In this document: piece by piece, positions 10,343 through 21,328 of the stretch
Layout of the letters: each line of letters opens with the position of its first letter
Position numbering within the stretch: position 1 is the stretch's first letter
Source: a virus
Lineage: Duplodnaviria; Caudoviricetes
Virus record (IMG/VR): IMGVR_UViG_3300020043_003051
Coordinates: 1-44,923 of that record
Direction: 5' to 3' (one strand)
DNA length: 44,923 nt
Program-made: the position numbers and the translations under genes
The notes under the pieces: model-generated
Databases searched by the model: none
Seen by the model: only the letters and a program-made list of their open reading frames with translations
What the model was told of the DNA's origin: nothing

Positions 10343-11704
10343 ATGGCTTTAACTAAAGCAACTTATTCAATGATCAAAGGTGCTGTAGTCAATGTACTTG
10401 ATTACGGCGCTGTTGGTAATGGAACAACAGATGACACTGCGGCTTTTCAAGCGGCTTTGGCTACTGGTAAAGCAGTCTATGCGCCAGCAAACACTTATGT
10501 TTTGTCAGGTGCTTTACAAATGCAAGCAGGTCAAACCATGTTTGGCGATGGTCATCAACTGACTTTGTTTACTTGCAAAACTACTGTGTTTACAGGTGTG
10601 TTTATTAACATGACTGCAAACTGTCGATTAGCAAAACTTCAACTTGCATCTAACATTACAAATCCCTCACTTCTTGCGGGTACTGGTGTTCGTGCATGGA
10701 ACCCTGCTGGCGAGTACAACTTTACTGGTTATATTAATTTGGATGATGTGAACATTGTTGGTTTCAACTATGGCATTGACATTAACAACATTTATTTCTT
10801 GCGTTACTGTGTTGGTCAGCTTAATAACAATGCTTACGGCATCAACATTGCGCCTTCATACAGTGCAAGTCAAGATAGTGGCTATGTGACCACTTTGACT
10901 TTTGAAAAGTTGGACATTTTCAACAACATTATTGGTGTTAAAGGCGAGTCTACAATCGTTTCTAAAAATGTGGTATTCCGAGATTGCGCCATTGAAAGCA
11001 ACACAAGCCTGAACTATCAAGCTTACTTGCGAAACATTATCATGCTGTCGTTTGAAAATTGCTATCTTGAAGATGGTGATTCTATTGGCATTTTGTTGTC
11101 AACTTGCGAAACTAGCATGGTGCAAATGTATTGCAATGGTGGTGGTGGCATTTCACTTGGCACTAACGCCAACAAGTTTTATGGTCGTTATGTTTACGCA
11201 AGTGCTGCTAATGACATCTTTGTTGCAAATGGTGGAAGCAACCAAAGAATTCATTTGGAAAATAGCAGTTTTGCTGCTGGCTCAGACTTTAACGCTGAAA
11301 ATGTTCAATTTCAGAATGTTGACGCAAACGGTGCAAACTACAAAAACAATTTTGGTGGCTATCCACTCGCTTTAAGCCGTGGCGTTGTGACTGGCAACGG
11401 ATCTAATGTTTCCGATGTAATTGTTTACAAAAAGACAGTTACACAAACAATTAGTGCCAACACAAGCGCGGCAATTATTACCGACCAATATGTAAACGCC
11501 CTTTGGTTGGCTGACTACACCGCCGCATTTGCAAGCATCGCAAATGCTTACAAGCCTGGTTTAATTTTGACTGTCACTCCCGCAACAACTGGCGATCAAA
11601 ATTATTTCTGTGTAATCGCAACAAACACTACTGGTTCGTCAATCTCGTTGACTAGCGCACAAATTAAAGTAGTGTTTCTAGCGGGTACTGCTATTGCAAT
11701 CTAA
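10343..11704 (+). CDS. Second tailspike, pectate-lyase-like beta-helix
   Basis: VNVLDYGAVGNGTTDDTAAFQAA motif. Confidence 0.85.
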   Translation: MALTKATYSMIKGAVVNVLDYGAVGNGTTDDTAAFQAALATGKAVYAPANTYVLSGALQMQAGQTMFGDGHQLTLFTCKTTVFTGVFINMTANCRLAKLQLASNITNPSLLAGTGVRAWNPAGEYNFTGYINLDDVNIVGFNYGIDINNIYFLRYCVGQLNNNAYGINIAPSYSASQDSGYVTTLTFEKLDIFNNIIGVKGESTIVSKNVVFRDCAIESNTSLNYQAYLRNIIMLSFENCYLEDGDSIGILLSTCETSMVQMYCNGGGGISLGTNANKFYGRYVYASAANDIFVANGGSNQRIHLENSSFAAGSDFNAENVQFQNVDANGANYKNNFGGYPLALSRGVVTGNGSNVSDVIVYKKTVTQTISANTSAAIITDQYVNALWLADYTAAFASIANAYKPGLILTVTPATTGDQNYFCVIATNTTGSSISLTSAQIKVVFLAGTAIAI

Positions 11705-11717
11705 CTGAAAGAAAATC

Positions 11718-11975
11718 ATGGCATTTAAACAAAAACTTTCTACTGTTTCTGGCATTGAAGTTAATGACGCTTATCATCGAGTTGAGCGTGTGACTCTTGT
11801 CAACAAATCAAGCATAACTTTTGCTGTTAATTCTTACAAAGACAGTGAAATTGAAGCGTATATTACAAGCAAGTTTTATTCTTGTGAGTACAACATTTCT
11901 GGCAATAATCCAATTGCACAGGCTTATATGCACTTGAAAACATTGCCAGAATTTTCTGGCGCTGTGGATTGTTAA
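11718..11975 (+). CDS. Small tail-associated protein
   Basis: Follows tailspike; QAY.HLKTLPEF motif. Confidence 0.65.
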   Translation: MAFKQKLSTVSGIEVNDAYHRVERVTLVNKSSITFAVNSYKDSEIEAYITSKFYSCEYNISGNNPIAQAYMHLKTLPEFSGAVDC

Positions 11976-11977
11976 TC

Positions 11978-12298
11978 ATGGCACTTGAAAAAGTTATTTC
12001 TGTTGATTTGATTGAAGTCATTGAATCTGGCGTAGTTCAAGTGCGAACCAAAACCGCGATTAAAGAAGATGACGTTGAAATCAGTAGTAAGTTTCACCGT
12101 CATGTGGTTGTGCCTACTGCAGACTACAGCCAAGAAGATCCAAAAGTTCAAGCAATTTGTGCCGCTGTTCATACACCAGAAGTTGTTGCCGCTTATCAAG
12201 CTGAATTAGATCGTATTGCCGCTGAACAAGCAGAACAAGCTCGCATTGCCGCTGAAGAACAAGCTATGATTGAAGCACAGCCAATTACAGAAGGTTAA
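11978..12298 (+). CDS. Small tail-associated protein
   Basis: ATG at 11978 (MALEKVISVD); in operon. Confidence 0.7.
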   Translation: MALEKVISVDLIEVIESGVVQVRTKTAIKEDDVEISSKFHRHVVVPTADYSQEDPKVQAICAAVHTPEVVAAYQAELDRIAAEQAEQARIAAEEQAMIEAQPITEG

Positions 12299-12300
12299 TC

Positions 12301-13926
12301 ATGGCAGACTACACGAAACTTAGGACTCCATTTGCCAATATGTCGTTTACTCCTGATGTCCCAAGCAATGCTTTGGGACCTAATGAGTACAACTCTGGTC
12401 GCAATGTAGAAGCTGATGTTCGTGGAGTTAAGAAAATTAATGGCGAACAATCAATCTTGTCGGTCATCCCCTACTTTCCTATTTTTATGGAAGGTGGGTT
12501 TCGTTCTAATAGCCAGTTTGTATATATCGTAGCTACCCGAGATTCAAGCAATCTGGGTCGCTGGTATATGTTGACAAAAAATTCTATTGTTAACATTACG
12601 CCTGGTTACGCTGCCGATAACAATGTAACTTTGGCTGGTTACACCGACAACATTAACATCACCACTTCATGGGTTGGTGAGGTCTTTTTCATCAATGATG
12701 GTCTTGGTTCTCCAATGTATTTCTTGCCTAGTCGCACAGAAATCAGTCGTTATGACACTGCTCCCGATAACTACATCTGGAACTACGACATTGGCGTAAC
12801 AAAAACAACTGCCGCTTTCATGCGTAACTTTTGCTCACCTAATGTGGGCAATATTTTGATTGCGGGCAATTTGACTAAAACCTCTGGTAGTGTTGATACA
12901 AACTATTCAACCACTATTCGTTGGTCACAAGCATTTGCTGGCACTGGTGTTCCTGCCAGTTGGGTTCCTACATTGTCTAACGTAGCTAACGAGCAAGAAG
13001 TTCCTGTTCGTGGTGCATTAATTGATGGATTCTTTTTGGGTGGAAACTTCTATGTCTGCTCATATTGGGACACAGTAGTTATCTCTCCAATTGCTTATCA
13101 ATCAACTACCACTCCAATCTTTGGTGTTCGCTTGTTCAACCAAGGTCGTGGATTGTTGAACAACAACTGCTGGACAAATACTGATGCCAATGTCTACGGC
13201 ATTGATGCTCGTGATATCTGGGTTTTTGATGGATCAAGCTTCACTTCTTTGGGCAACCAAAAGGTAAAGAACTATTTCTTCAGTAACTTGAGTTCAACTT
13301 ATTCTGATCGTGTGTTCATGGTTAACAACACACAAAAATATCAGATTGAGATTTACTTCCCTGACACAACCTCTACAGGGTGGTGCAACAAGATGTTGTC
13401 ATATCGCTATGACTTACAGATTTGGAACGCTCCTAAGGACATCCAGAACGCTTGTATGGGCACTGAAGGTCCTACATTTACAGGCACTGACTTTAAGTAT
13501 GCTTCTCGCTCTGTGGTGTATGCGCCAGCAGGTGCTAGTAGTGTTCAGTTGGTACAGACTGCTATTGGTAATTCATTTACCAACAATGCTCCAATCCCCG
13601 CTTTGTTTCAGCGTAACAATGTTGTGTTGCAGACTGAAAGCGGTCCTGTCCCATACTCAAGCAAAGTTTATGTTCACAGGGTATTGCCTGAAGTGGCTGG
13701 AAGTGGTGAGATCCAGATTACTGTTGGTGGAGCTAACTCTACTGCCCAAAGTCCTACTTATGGTCAAACAGGTCGGATGAATATTGTTACTGATAATCCT
13801 TGGGTAACAACTCAGCAGAATGCTGTTCGCACAGTGTCTATCAAGATTGAATCAAATGATGCAACAGACACATGGAATACATCGGCAATGAATTGGCAAG
13901 CAACTATTGTTGAGGATGCCTTCTAA
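12301..13926 (+). CDS. Tail nozzle/DNA stabilisation protein (P22 gp10-like)
   Basis: 541 aa, beta-rich, IRWS motif, position. Confidence 0.7.
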   Translation: MADYTKLRTPFANMSFTPDVPSNALGPNEYNSGRNVEADVRGVKKINGEQSILSVIPYFPIFMEGGFRSNSQFVYIVATRDSSNLGRWYMLTKNSIVNITPGYAADNNVTLAGYTDNINITTSWVGEVFFINDGLGSPMYFLPSRTEISRYDTAPDNYIWNYDIGVTKTTAAFMRNFCSPNVGNILIAGNLTKTSGSVDTNYSTTIRWSQAFAGTGVPASWVPTLSNVANEQEVPVRGALIDGFFLGGNFYVCSYWDTVVISPIAYQSTTTPIFGVRLFNQGRGLLNNNCWTNTDANVYGIDARDIWVFDGSSFTSLGNQKVKNYFFSNLSSTYSDRVFMVNNTQKYQIEIYFPDTTSTGWCNKMLSYRYDLQIWNAPKDIQNACMGTEGPTFTGTDFKYASRSVVYAPAGASSVQLVQTAIGNSFTNNAPIPALFQRNNVVLQTESGPVPYSSKVYVHRVLPEVAGSGEIQITVGGANSTAQSPTYGQTGRMNIVTDNPWVTTQQNAVRTVSIKIESNDATDTWNTSAMNWQATIVEDAF

Positions 13927-15833
13927 TGACTTTTGCAGTAACTTCAAACCCATCAAATGAAGAGTTAGGCGAGGCAGTCAATTACCTGCTTTCTAACTTT
14001 TCACAGACTATGGCTATCAACCCGAATACGGGTAGCATAAGCACAGCTAGTTACGGGATTGTTAGTTACTTGTATAAGTATTTGCAGGTTAGATATGCAG
14101 ATAGCTATGATGGATCTGTTAACTTTAGCAATGTACCGACTAACAGACTTTATTACGGCATCCGAAATAATGATTCTGATACTGAGTCTACAAACCCAGC
14201 CGACTATTTATGGTTGCCAGTAACAGGTGGTTTTGGTACTACTAAATTTGTTTGGTACAACACCACTGGTGGTCGGCAGATAGAGATATTTATTGGACCT
14301 GTTCGTCCAAGTGTTAACTTTGTTAAAGACAATGGCAATGCTATTGATCTCGATTTGTTGACTACTGCCGCTGAAGACAAGACTGATCCACCTGCTGTTG
14401 ACTACTCTTTGCAAATCCAAGCATTAGAGCAAGCTATTGGATCTATTCCTCAGCCTCAGTTGGGCACATTAGCTCCAGTTAATATTGATTGGGTTCCTTA
14501 CCTTGGTTTTGACACTCCTCCATCTTGGATTGGCTCAACTGCTGGTCAGTTTTGGTTTGATCCAACTACTGGATCGTTCAATGCCAAGATGGGCAACAAC
14601 AACATCACTCAGCAGATTGGTGAAGAGCAGTTCATTTATGGCAAAGCCTCTACTGCTATTACAGATTCACCTCTGAGAATTGTTTATCACACTGGCACTG
14701 TAGGCGCTAGTGGAGTTATTACATTTGCACCTACTATTGCAGGTATCACAGATATAAACGCAATTGTTGGAGTTGCTACTGAAAACATTGCTTTAAATGG
14801 TTTTGGTCGTGTTACTTCTTTTGGTGTGGTTCGTGGGATCACAACCAATGGCACAGCTTATGGAGAAGTCTGGGCTGATGATGATGTAATCTGGTACAAC
14901 CCAGTGACAGGCAATCCTACTAAGGTTGAGCCAGTTGCACCTAACATTAAGATACAAATTGGTCTCGTTATCAATGCGGGTTCAGGTGGATCTGGTTCTT
15001 TTCAAGTGCTTTTGCGACCAGGCTCTAAGCTAGGTGGTACTGACTCTAATGTTCAATTTAGCGCATTGGCTAACAACGACATTATTCAATACGACAGCGC
15101 ACTTCAATATTGGAAAAACGTACCTTTGGGTACTGCTGGTGCTGTCACATCGGTCACAGGAACTTCACCTGTTGTATCGTCTGGTGGCTCAACACCTGCA
15201 ATTAGCTTGGCATCTAGTTATGGTGACACACAAAACCCATACGCCGCCAAGACTGCCAATTATGTGTTGGCTGCTCCTAATGGCTCATCTGGTGTGCCTA
15301 CATTTAGGGCTTTGGTAGCCGCTGACATTCCTGCACTACCTTATGGGTCAGGAACTGTCACTAGCGTGTCTGTGGTGTCTGCCAATGGCTTTGCGGGTAC
15401 TGTGGCAACATCCACAACAACACCTGCCATCACGCTGACCACCACCATTACAGGTTTGCTCAAAGGTAATGGAACGGCAATTTCTGCCGCCACAGCCAAT
15501 ACTGATTACATGGGTGTTGCCGCACCTGTTACCAAGACTGCCGACTTTACTGTTGCCAATGGTGATATTTGGTATATCAACAATAAGTCTGGTTCTACCT
15601 GCACAGTTACCCTACCTGCCGCCTCTTCATGGACAGGTCGATCATTAACTTTCAAGAATATGCAAGCTCAGACATTAGTGTCAGCTTCGAGTAATGTTGT
15701 GCCAATTGACAGTACTACTGCTGGTACAGCCATCCTCTTGGGAGTTATTGGTAATTGGGCGACAATGGTGTCTGATGGCACTAATTGGGTAATCATGCAA
15801 GCCGCATCAAATAACAATTTGTTGCTTGAATAA
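13926..15833 (+). CDS. Multidomain tail/virion protein
   Basis: Mosaic G/T/S-rich domains, TVTSV repeats, VSDGTNW C-terminus. Confidence 0.7.
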   Translation: MTFAVTSNPSNEELGEAVNYLLSNFSQTMAINPNTGSISTASYGIVSYLYKYLQVRYADSYDGSVNFSNVPTNRLYYGIRNNDSDTESTNPADYLWLPVTGGFGTTKFVWYNTTGGRQIEIFIGPVRPSVNFVKDNGNAIDLDLLTTAAEDKTDPPAVDYSLQIQALEQAIGSIPQPQLGTLAPVNIDWVPYLGFDTPPSWIGSTAGQFWFDPTTGSFNAKMGNNNITQQIGEEQFIYGKASTAITDSPLRIVYHTGTVGASGVITFAPTIAGITDINAIVGVATENIALNGFGRVTSFGVVRGITTNGTAYGEVWADDDVIWYNPVTGNPTKVEPVAPNIKIQIGLVINAGSGGSGSFQVLLRPGSKLGGTDSNVQFSALANNDIIQYDSALQYWKNVPLGTAGAVTSVTGTSPVVSSGGSTPAISLASSYGDTQNPYAAKTANYVLAAPNGSSGVPTFRALVAADIPALPYGSGTVTSVSVVSANGFAGTVATSTTTPAITLTTTITGLLKGNGTAISAATANTDYMGVAAPVTKTADFTVANGDIWYINNKSGSTCTVTLPAASSWTGRSLTFKNMQAQTLVSASSNVVPIDSTTAGTAILLGVIGNWATMVSDGTNWVIMQAASNNNLLLE

Positions 15834-15842
15834 GGAGTCATA

Positions 15843-16181
15843 ATGACAACAACAGTAAAAGTTTTAATCCCTGCAAAGATTGCAGAAAATGCTCAAACTA
15901 CTCAATATACGGTTGCATCTGGTGTGACAACCCTTATTGATAAATTCACAGCAACAAATTACGGTGGTTCTGCCGCATCACTTTCTGTAAATCTGGTTAC
16001 TTCTGCTGGTACTGCAGGTAATAATAACTTGATTACTAAAACCAAAACATTACAATCTGGAGAAGTTTATACATTTCCTGAGATTGTTGGTCAGGCTTTG
16101 GCTGCGGGTGACTTTATCTCGACAATAGCTAGTGCCGCCACCACTATCACGATTCGATCTTCTGGTCGTGAATTTACTTAA
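15843..16181 (+). CDS. Small beta-sandwich virion protein, hypothetical
   Basis: AGGAG RBS; T-rich. Confidence 0.7.
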   Translation: MTTTVKVLIPAKIAENAQTTQYTVASGVTTLIDKFTATNYGGSAASLSVNLVTSAGTAGNNNLITKTKTLQSGEVYTFPEIVGQALAAGDFISTIASAATTITIRSSGREFT

Positions 16182-16190
16182 AGGTTGATT

Positions 16191-16628
16191 ATGGGAAGCT
16201 TTTCTCCGACTATCGCCAGTAACCCCACATCTCAGAATAGTGGGAAAGGTGGCTCTATTGGATCTGGACCTCGTGGTGATTTTGGAGATCCTAATTTTGA
16301 TAAAGCTATACCAATATTGCAAGGCACACCCGCCCAGATGACAGACGGTCAATTTGACCAAATGCCTTCTAACAATGCTCAATTTGAGGGTACTTTAGGT
16401 GGTAATAATGTATCACCTGCTGTAATGCCAATTGGACAATATCAGCAACCTATGGGCAAAGGTGGTGCGTCTACTAATACTGCTACATCTGGACAACCCA
16501 AAATGGGTAATCCACAAGATCAAGCCGATATGTATCAACCACAACGCAGATTCCCAAATACTATTCAACCGTGGGATAATGCACAAATTAAAACTCAGAC
16601 TCAGTCTGGGAAAGGTAAAGGTCAATAA
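16191..16628 (+). CDS. Low-complexity protein, probable internal virion protein
   Basis: G/Q/P-rich with repeated GKG motifs. Confidence 0.6.
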   Translation: MGSFSPTIASNPTSQNSGKGGSIGSGPRGDFGDPNFDKAIPILQGTPAQMTDGQFDQMPSNNAQFEGTLGGNNVSPAVMPIGQYQQPMGKGGASTNTATSGQPKMGNPQDQADMYQPQRRFPNTIQPWDNAQIKTQTQSGKGKGQ

Positions 16629-16630
16629 TC

Positions 16631-17335
16631 ATGGGCGGTGGAAAAGGATCTGGAACTACTACGGTGCAGATGTCTCCTGCACAAGAAAAACTATTAGGCG
16701 CACAAACTGAAGCTCTAACAGGCTCATTTTTACCTGCCTATAAAAAGACTTTAGGCATGGCAGATACTGCTTTTGACCAAACTAACCCTGCCGCTATTGC
16801 CGCCGCTAATAGAGCTATGGATGTAAGTGGTCGTTCTGGCGCTTTGCAAGAAGCCACAGGCGCTCAAGGTCTTGTTACTGGTATGGAAGGGTTGAAATCT
16901 TTATTTGACCCTCAGTATGAAGAAGAGCAAGTTCAAGCGGCTTTGCAAGCAGGTCGAGAGTCTGCTCGTGAATCACAAGCTGGTCAGAATGCCATGTATG
17001 GAGCCGCTGGTGGTCTTGGTGGCGCTCGTATGGCCTTGGCAGACAAGAACATGGCTGACCTGAATGCTCAACGTCAAGCGACTGCGGCGGCGGCGGCTCG
17101 TGCTGGTGTCCAAGCGAACAAAGCAACAGTGGCTAATCAATTGGCTACCTTGGGTCAGAGTCAGCTTGGTGCGGCTCAAACCTCTGCTGGCGCTCGTATT
17201 GCTTACGCTCAAACACCACAAGATGTGTTGGCAAAATACGCCTCTGTTATTTACGGCACACCACAAGCTTCTACAACTCCCAACTTTGCAGGAACTCAAG
17301 GTCAAAAAACCTCCAGCAAGGGATTCGGCTTCTAA
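16631..17335 (+). CDS. Probable DNA ejection (pilot) protein
   Basis: MGGGKG start, A/Q/G-rich helices. Confidence 0.7.
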   Translation: MGGGKGSGTTTVQMSPAQEKLLGAQTEALTGSFLPAYKKTLGMADTAFDQTNPAAIAAANRAMDVSGRSGALQEATGAQGLVTGMEGLKSLFDPQYEEEQVQAALQAGRESARESQAGQNAMYGAAGGLGGARMALADKNMADLNAQRQATAAAAARAGVQANKATVANQLATLGQSQLGAAQTSAGARIAYAQTPQDVLAKYASVIYGTPQASTTPNFAGTQGQKTSSKGFGF

Positions 17336-17344
17336 GGATAAATC

Positions 17345-17902
17345 ATGGCAGCAGATACACCTTTTGGGCTTAGTTTTGGCAACCCAAGTAGATACATGGG
17401 TCAAAGCCCTTTGGCTGAGATTGGCAAGGCGGCTAAAACAGGTTTGATGCTTTACGGCTTACAACAAACAGGTGCTATTGATGCATTGGATAAGCTCGGT
17501 GTTAAGCCAAATAAAGCAGGTGGATTCTCATACAACAGTCCTACTGCTCCTGCTGGTGCTGTTCCTCCTGTGGCTCCAACAGCAACGGGTATGGCTCCTG
17601 TTGCTCCAAGTACTACTGGTAGTCCTGTTATGCCATCTGGTGCTGTTGCACCGAATGCTGTAGCACCAACTGAACCTGCGCCATTAACACCCCCTCCAAA
17701 TCTTGGAGTGGATATTCTTGATGGTAAATTTAAGGGTGTTGATATTTCATTTGTAGATCCACAAGCTACACGGGATTCATTAGTTTTGCCTCAACAAGCT
17801 GGATACAACCAAATGTTGCAAACTGGCAATGAATATCAACAAGTGCCTGGTTATGGCAAACTAGCCAAAGCATTTCAAATGTTTTCTGGTGGAATGGGTT
17901 AA
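17345..17902 (+). CDS. Probable internal virion protein
   Basis: P/A-rich; in ejection-protein block. Confidence 0.6.
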   Translation: MAADTPFGLSFGNPSRYMGQSPLAEIGKAAKTGLMLYGLQQTGAIDALDKLGVKPNKAGGFSYNSPTAPAGAVPPVAPTATGMAPVAPSTTGSPVMPSGAVAPNAVAPTEPAPLTPPPNLGVDILDGKFKGVDISFVDPQATRDSLVLPQQAGYNQMLQTGNEYQQVPGYGKLAKAFQMFSGGMG

Positions 17903-17911
17903 GGAAAAATC

Positions 17912-19483
17912 ATGGCAGAAACTACTGAACAACAAGCTCCTCCCGTTACGATTTATCCAAGTGCTTTGCAAGATGCCGCTTCTATTAAAGATGCGGCTAA
18001 CGCTGCTTTAGCCACTCGTGATACAAAAGGTTTAATCAATGTTGCCCAACAAATGGGTGTTGACACTCCTCAGGGCAATGCCGCTCTGAAAACTGCTCAA
18101 GAGATGCAACAGAGATCTAATGAATTTAAATCTCTTGTTACACCTATTACCGAAGCCAAAACTGATGGTGAGCGAAACATTGCCGCCGCCAAAGCTTTGC
18201 GTAATGTCAGCCAAGAACCTTTATATGGTCAGGCACTTATTGCTTTTATGATGGGGCAGAAAGAGACTGCCTTTAATTTGGCTACTGGTGGCGCTCTTAA
18301 AACCACTACTGAATATGCCAAAGACAATGGCAACATTATCCAAGTAACTGTCAATGCACTTGGTCAGCCACAAGGTTATTTTGATGTTGAGCAAAAGCGT
18401 GTTTTGACACCTGAAGAATATTCAAAGCGTGGCGGTAGTGTTTCTGACATTGATAAAACTTTTGCAATGAAAAGTGCAGAAGAAAATCGTGGTGTCTATA
18501 ACAAAGCCTTTAGCAATGAAAAAGTTGCTGTTAATAAGTGGACTGAAGCCTATGCAGGTCTTGCTCCTAAACTTGAATTCTTAGACAAGTTTTATAGAAC
18601 TGTAAAGACTGATCTGCCTCCTGATGAATATGCAAAGCTAGTCGGCGCTATTTCTAACAGTGTTGGTCAATCAAGCACTAAAGCTAACAGCTCAACTTAC
18701 TTCAATCAGATTAACGATAGTAAGAATAAAAAAGAAGGCTTGAAGGTTGATGCAGGTCTTGCCGCTAAGTTGGGCATTCCTAAAGAACTTATCGGTACAG
18801 AATTTTCTGTTGATGGAAACTCTCTTGTTTCTAAAACCAATGGTAAGTCTTGGGACTATGGTTTGTTAAAACAGCAAACTGACTCTGCAAACCTTTCTTC
18901 TGAGGCTACACAAAACAGCCAATCAACATTGGAAAGTGTTATCACTTCTAAGAAGTTCCAATCTGCTATTGCTGGCAAGTCTCCTGCTGAACAAGCAAAG
19001 TTGATTCAGCAAATGAAGACTGCTGTTCAGTTTGGTAATGAAGTTGGATTTGAATTGTCGAGAACTGTAGATCAGTATGGCAAGCCTAACTTTATCTCTT
19101 TGCCTACTGCCGCATCATTTGTTGACCCACAGTCTCAATCGATGGTTCAACTTGCTCAACATAAGCAAAACGCAGAACAGATTGCGGCTTATAGAGATCA
19201 CTTTGAGAAAAATTCCAAGCACTATGATGAGACTAAGACTCTTCCAGTGCCAGGCGCTATTGGTGCGGCTTACACTGCAAAACCAATCTTTAATGAAGTC
19301 CGTGATCGCTGGTCTAAAGAGATCCAGAGCATCATGGAAGGTGAGTATGTTGCTCGTAATGCACGACAGCAACCTGCCGCCAAACCAAAAGCTGAAGGTC
19401 AATCTAGTGGTCCTGTCGCACCACCAGCAAGCAACACAAGACCTTCTTTAGCAGAACTTAGAAGACAGGCGGAGGGCAAATAA
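17912..19483 (+). CDS. Probable internal virion/ejection protein (523 aa)
   Basis: Helical, A/K/Q-rich; position. Confidence 0.65.
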   Translation: MAETTEQQAPPVTIYPSALQDAASIKDAANAALATRDTKGLINVAQQMGVDTPQGNAALKTAQEMQQRSNEFKSLVTPITEAKTDGERNIAAAKALRNVSQEPLYGQALIAFMMGQKETAFNLATGGALKTTTEYAKDNGNIIQVTVNALGQPQGYFDVEQKRVLTPEEYSKRGGSVSDIDKTFAMKSAEENRGVYNKAFSNEKVAVNKWTEAYAGLAPKLEFLDKFYRTVKTDLPPDEYAKLVGAISNSVGQSSTKANSSTYFNQINDSKNKKEGLKVDAGLAAKLGIPKELIGTEFSVDGNSLVSKTNGKSWDYGLLKQQTDSANLSSEATQNSQSTLESVITSKKFQSAIAGKSPAEQAKLIQQMKTAVQFGNEVGFELSRTVDQYGKPNFISLPTAASFVDPQSQSMVQLAQHKQNAEQIAAYRDHFEKNSKHYDETKTLPVPGAIGAAYTAKPIFNEVRDRWSKEIQSIMEGEYVARNARQQPAAKPKAEGQSSGPVAPPASNTRPSLAELRRQAEGK

Positions 19484-21087
19484 TGGCTAAATTTGATGAA
19501 GAGAAATTCCGAGCTTCTGCAAAAGCCGCTGGCTATTCTGATGCGGAAATTGATGCTGAGTTAAAAAATACTGCCGCCCCTGCTGGCGCTGCTGTGCCAA
19601 ATGTTGTTCCTATTGCTGATGGCAGAGAAACCACTGCCGCTTTTACTGCTGAAGCTGAAGCAAAGCAAAAACAACTTGAGCAAGAAGCTACTAAAGAGAG
19701 AGAAGCTACTTTAGCCGCCCCTGCATTTGATTTTAAAAATGCAATTAACTCTCCTGTTGGTTATGTAACAGGCGCTGCCGCTCTTTCCGCTATTGGTGGT
19801 CTTGGTTATGCATTAGGCCGAAAAAAGGGCGATGGTTTAGGCATCAAAGATCGTAGCATTACAAGGCCAGAAATTGACAGAACCATTGATATCCCAATGG
19901 AGACAGTTGAGAAGAGAAACGTAAGTCCATTTGCTCAACAGTTTGAAACGACTTATGGCGTTCCATTGTCTACTGCTGAACAGTTAACTGGTGGTCCAAT
20001 CACCAATCCTAAAGATGCCGCCATCATTGGTGGAGCATTAAAGAATCAAGCTGGCATCTCTGTTAACAATCCTTATCAGATAAGCCCATACACACAAGCA
20101 CCTGCACCTGCCACTCCTGAAGTTGCACCTGCTGTTGCTCAAGCCGCACCTGCCGCACCACAAGCACCTGCGCCTGTAGCACCACCTGCCGCCGCTCCTA
20201 CAGATCCACTTGCACCTAGACCTAATCCATACATGGCAACTAGCGTACAAGCTGGTGTTGCAACTGGTAACCCTGCGCCAGCAGTTCAAGCAGTTGTTGC
20301 TAAAGAACTTGATAAGGCTACTGGTGCAACGCCTACATTGGCTACATTCAACCGTGATGCCAATGGCAACATCCAGTATCCAAAAGGTATGAGTGCCGCC
20401 GCAAAACAAGGTGCTGAGGCATTTGCTCAACAGTATCCAGATCATGCAAAAGCTTTGGCGGCTGAAGGTCGCTTTGGCATCTTGGGTGCTGGCTCTGGCG
20501 ACAACAATTTGTTTAACTCTTACGGCTCTGACATGATGAAGAGAATCCGTAATGAAGTGAATGAAGGCCAGATGGTTGGTCCTTACGCCAACTATGAAAC
20601 AAAAGTTAATCCTGCCATTAAAGGCATCTCTCCTGAGTCAGCTATCGGTAAGGATTTGGCTCAATTAAGAGAAGCTCAGATTGGTGGCAACTATGGACCA
20701 CTTGGGACACCAGCTAGTATTGGTGGCAAAAAGGGTGGTTTGATTCAAGGTACAAACATGGTTGCCAAAGCTGTTAAGGCTGGTGGACCTGCCGCTCTTT
20801 TGATGAGCATTGCTGATGCCGCTAATGCCGCCTCACAAGGTAGATTTGGTGAAGCCACTGTCCGTGGTGCTGATGTTGCTACAGACTATCTGCCAATGAT
20901 TGCACAATTGAAGCAAGGTTTGTCACCTACTGAAGCTGGCGCACCGACTGTTTCTAGACAAACAATTGAAGCTTCTTCATTGCTTGGCAGTCCTTATGCT
21001 CAAACTGAATGGGCTAAGAATGTACGATTAAAAGAGAAGGCTGGCGCTGGTCGTGGCATTGCTCCTCCATCTGCTTACATAAGGTAA
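19483..21087 (+). CDS. Probable internal virion/ejection protein (534 aa)
   Basis: A/P/G-rich with hydrophobic Gly-rich segments; position. Confidence 0.65.
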   Translation: MAKFDEEKFRASAKAAGYSDAEIDAELKNTAAPAGAAVPNVVPIADGRETTAAFTAEAEAKQKQLEQEATKEREATLAAPAFDFKNAINSPVGYVTGAAALSAIGGLGYALGRKKGDGLGIKDRSITRPEIDRTIDIPMETVEKRNVSPFAQQFETTYGVPLSTAEQLTGGPITNPKDAAIIGGALKNQAGISVNNPYQISPYTQAPAPATPEVAPAVAQAAPAAPQAPAPVAPPAAAPTDPLAPRPNPYMATSVQAGVATGNPAPAVQAVVAKELDKATGATPTLATFNRDANGNIQYPKGMSAAAKQGAEAFAQQYPDHAKALAAEGRFGILGAGSGDNNLFNSYGSDMMKRIRNEVNEGQMVGPYANYETKVNPAIKGISPESAIGKDLAQLREAQIGGNYGPLGTPASIGGKKGGLIQGTNMVAKAVKAGGPAALLMSIADAANAASQGRFGEATVRGADVATDYLPMIAQLKQGLSPTEAGAPTVSRQTIEASSLLGSPYAQTEWAKNVRLKEKAGAGRGIAPPSAYIR

Positions 21088-21089
21088 AT

Positions 21090-21317
21090 ATGTCTGAAGT
21101 ATCACACGAGCAAATATATCAACGCCTCATCACAGTAGAAGAGAAAGTTGATCGCATAGACAACAACACCAAAGGTTTGGTGGAGGCTATCAATGCCGCT
21201 CAAGGTGCTATCAAAGTGCTTGGGTGGCTGGCTTCTGCCGCCAAACCTATTCTTTGGTGCATTGCCGCATTTACTGCTATTGGCATTGCTTGGCAAAACT
21301 TTAAATCTCACTTTTAA
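21090..21317 (+). CDS. Coiled-coil plus C-terminal TM protein, holin-like candidate
   Basis: RLITVEEKVDRID coil followed by hydrophobic helix. Confidence 0.6.
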   Translation: MSEVSHEQIYQRLITVEEKVDRIDNNTKGLVEAINAAQGAIKVLGWLASAAKPILWCIAAFTAIGIAWQNFKSHF

Positions 21318-21328
21318 TTGGAGGCTGT

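Noticed and set aside
7296-15833. Diversity-generating retroelement targeting tail genes
   Set aside because: No reverse transcriptase, and no adenine-specific TR/VR repeat pair noticed
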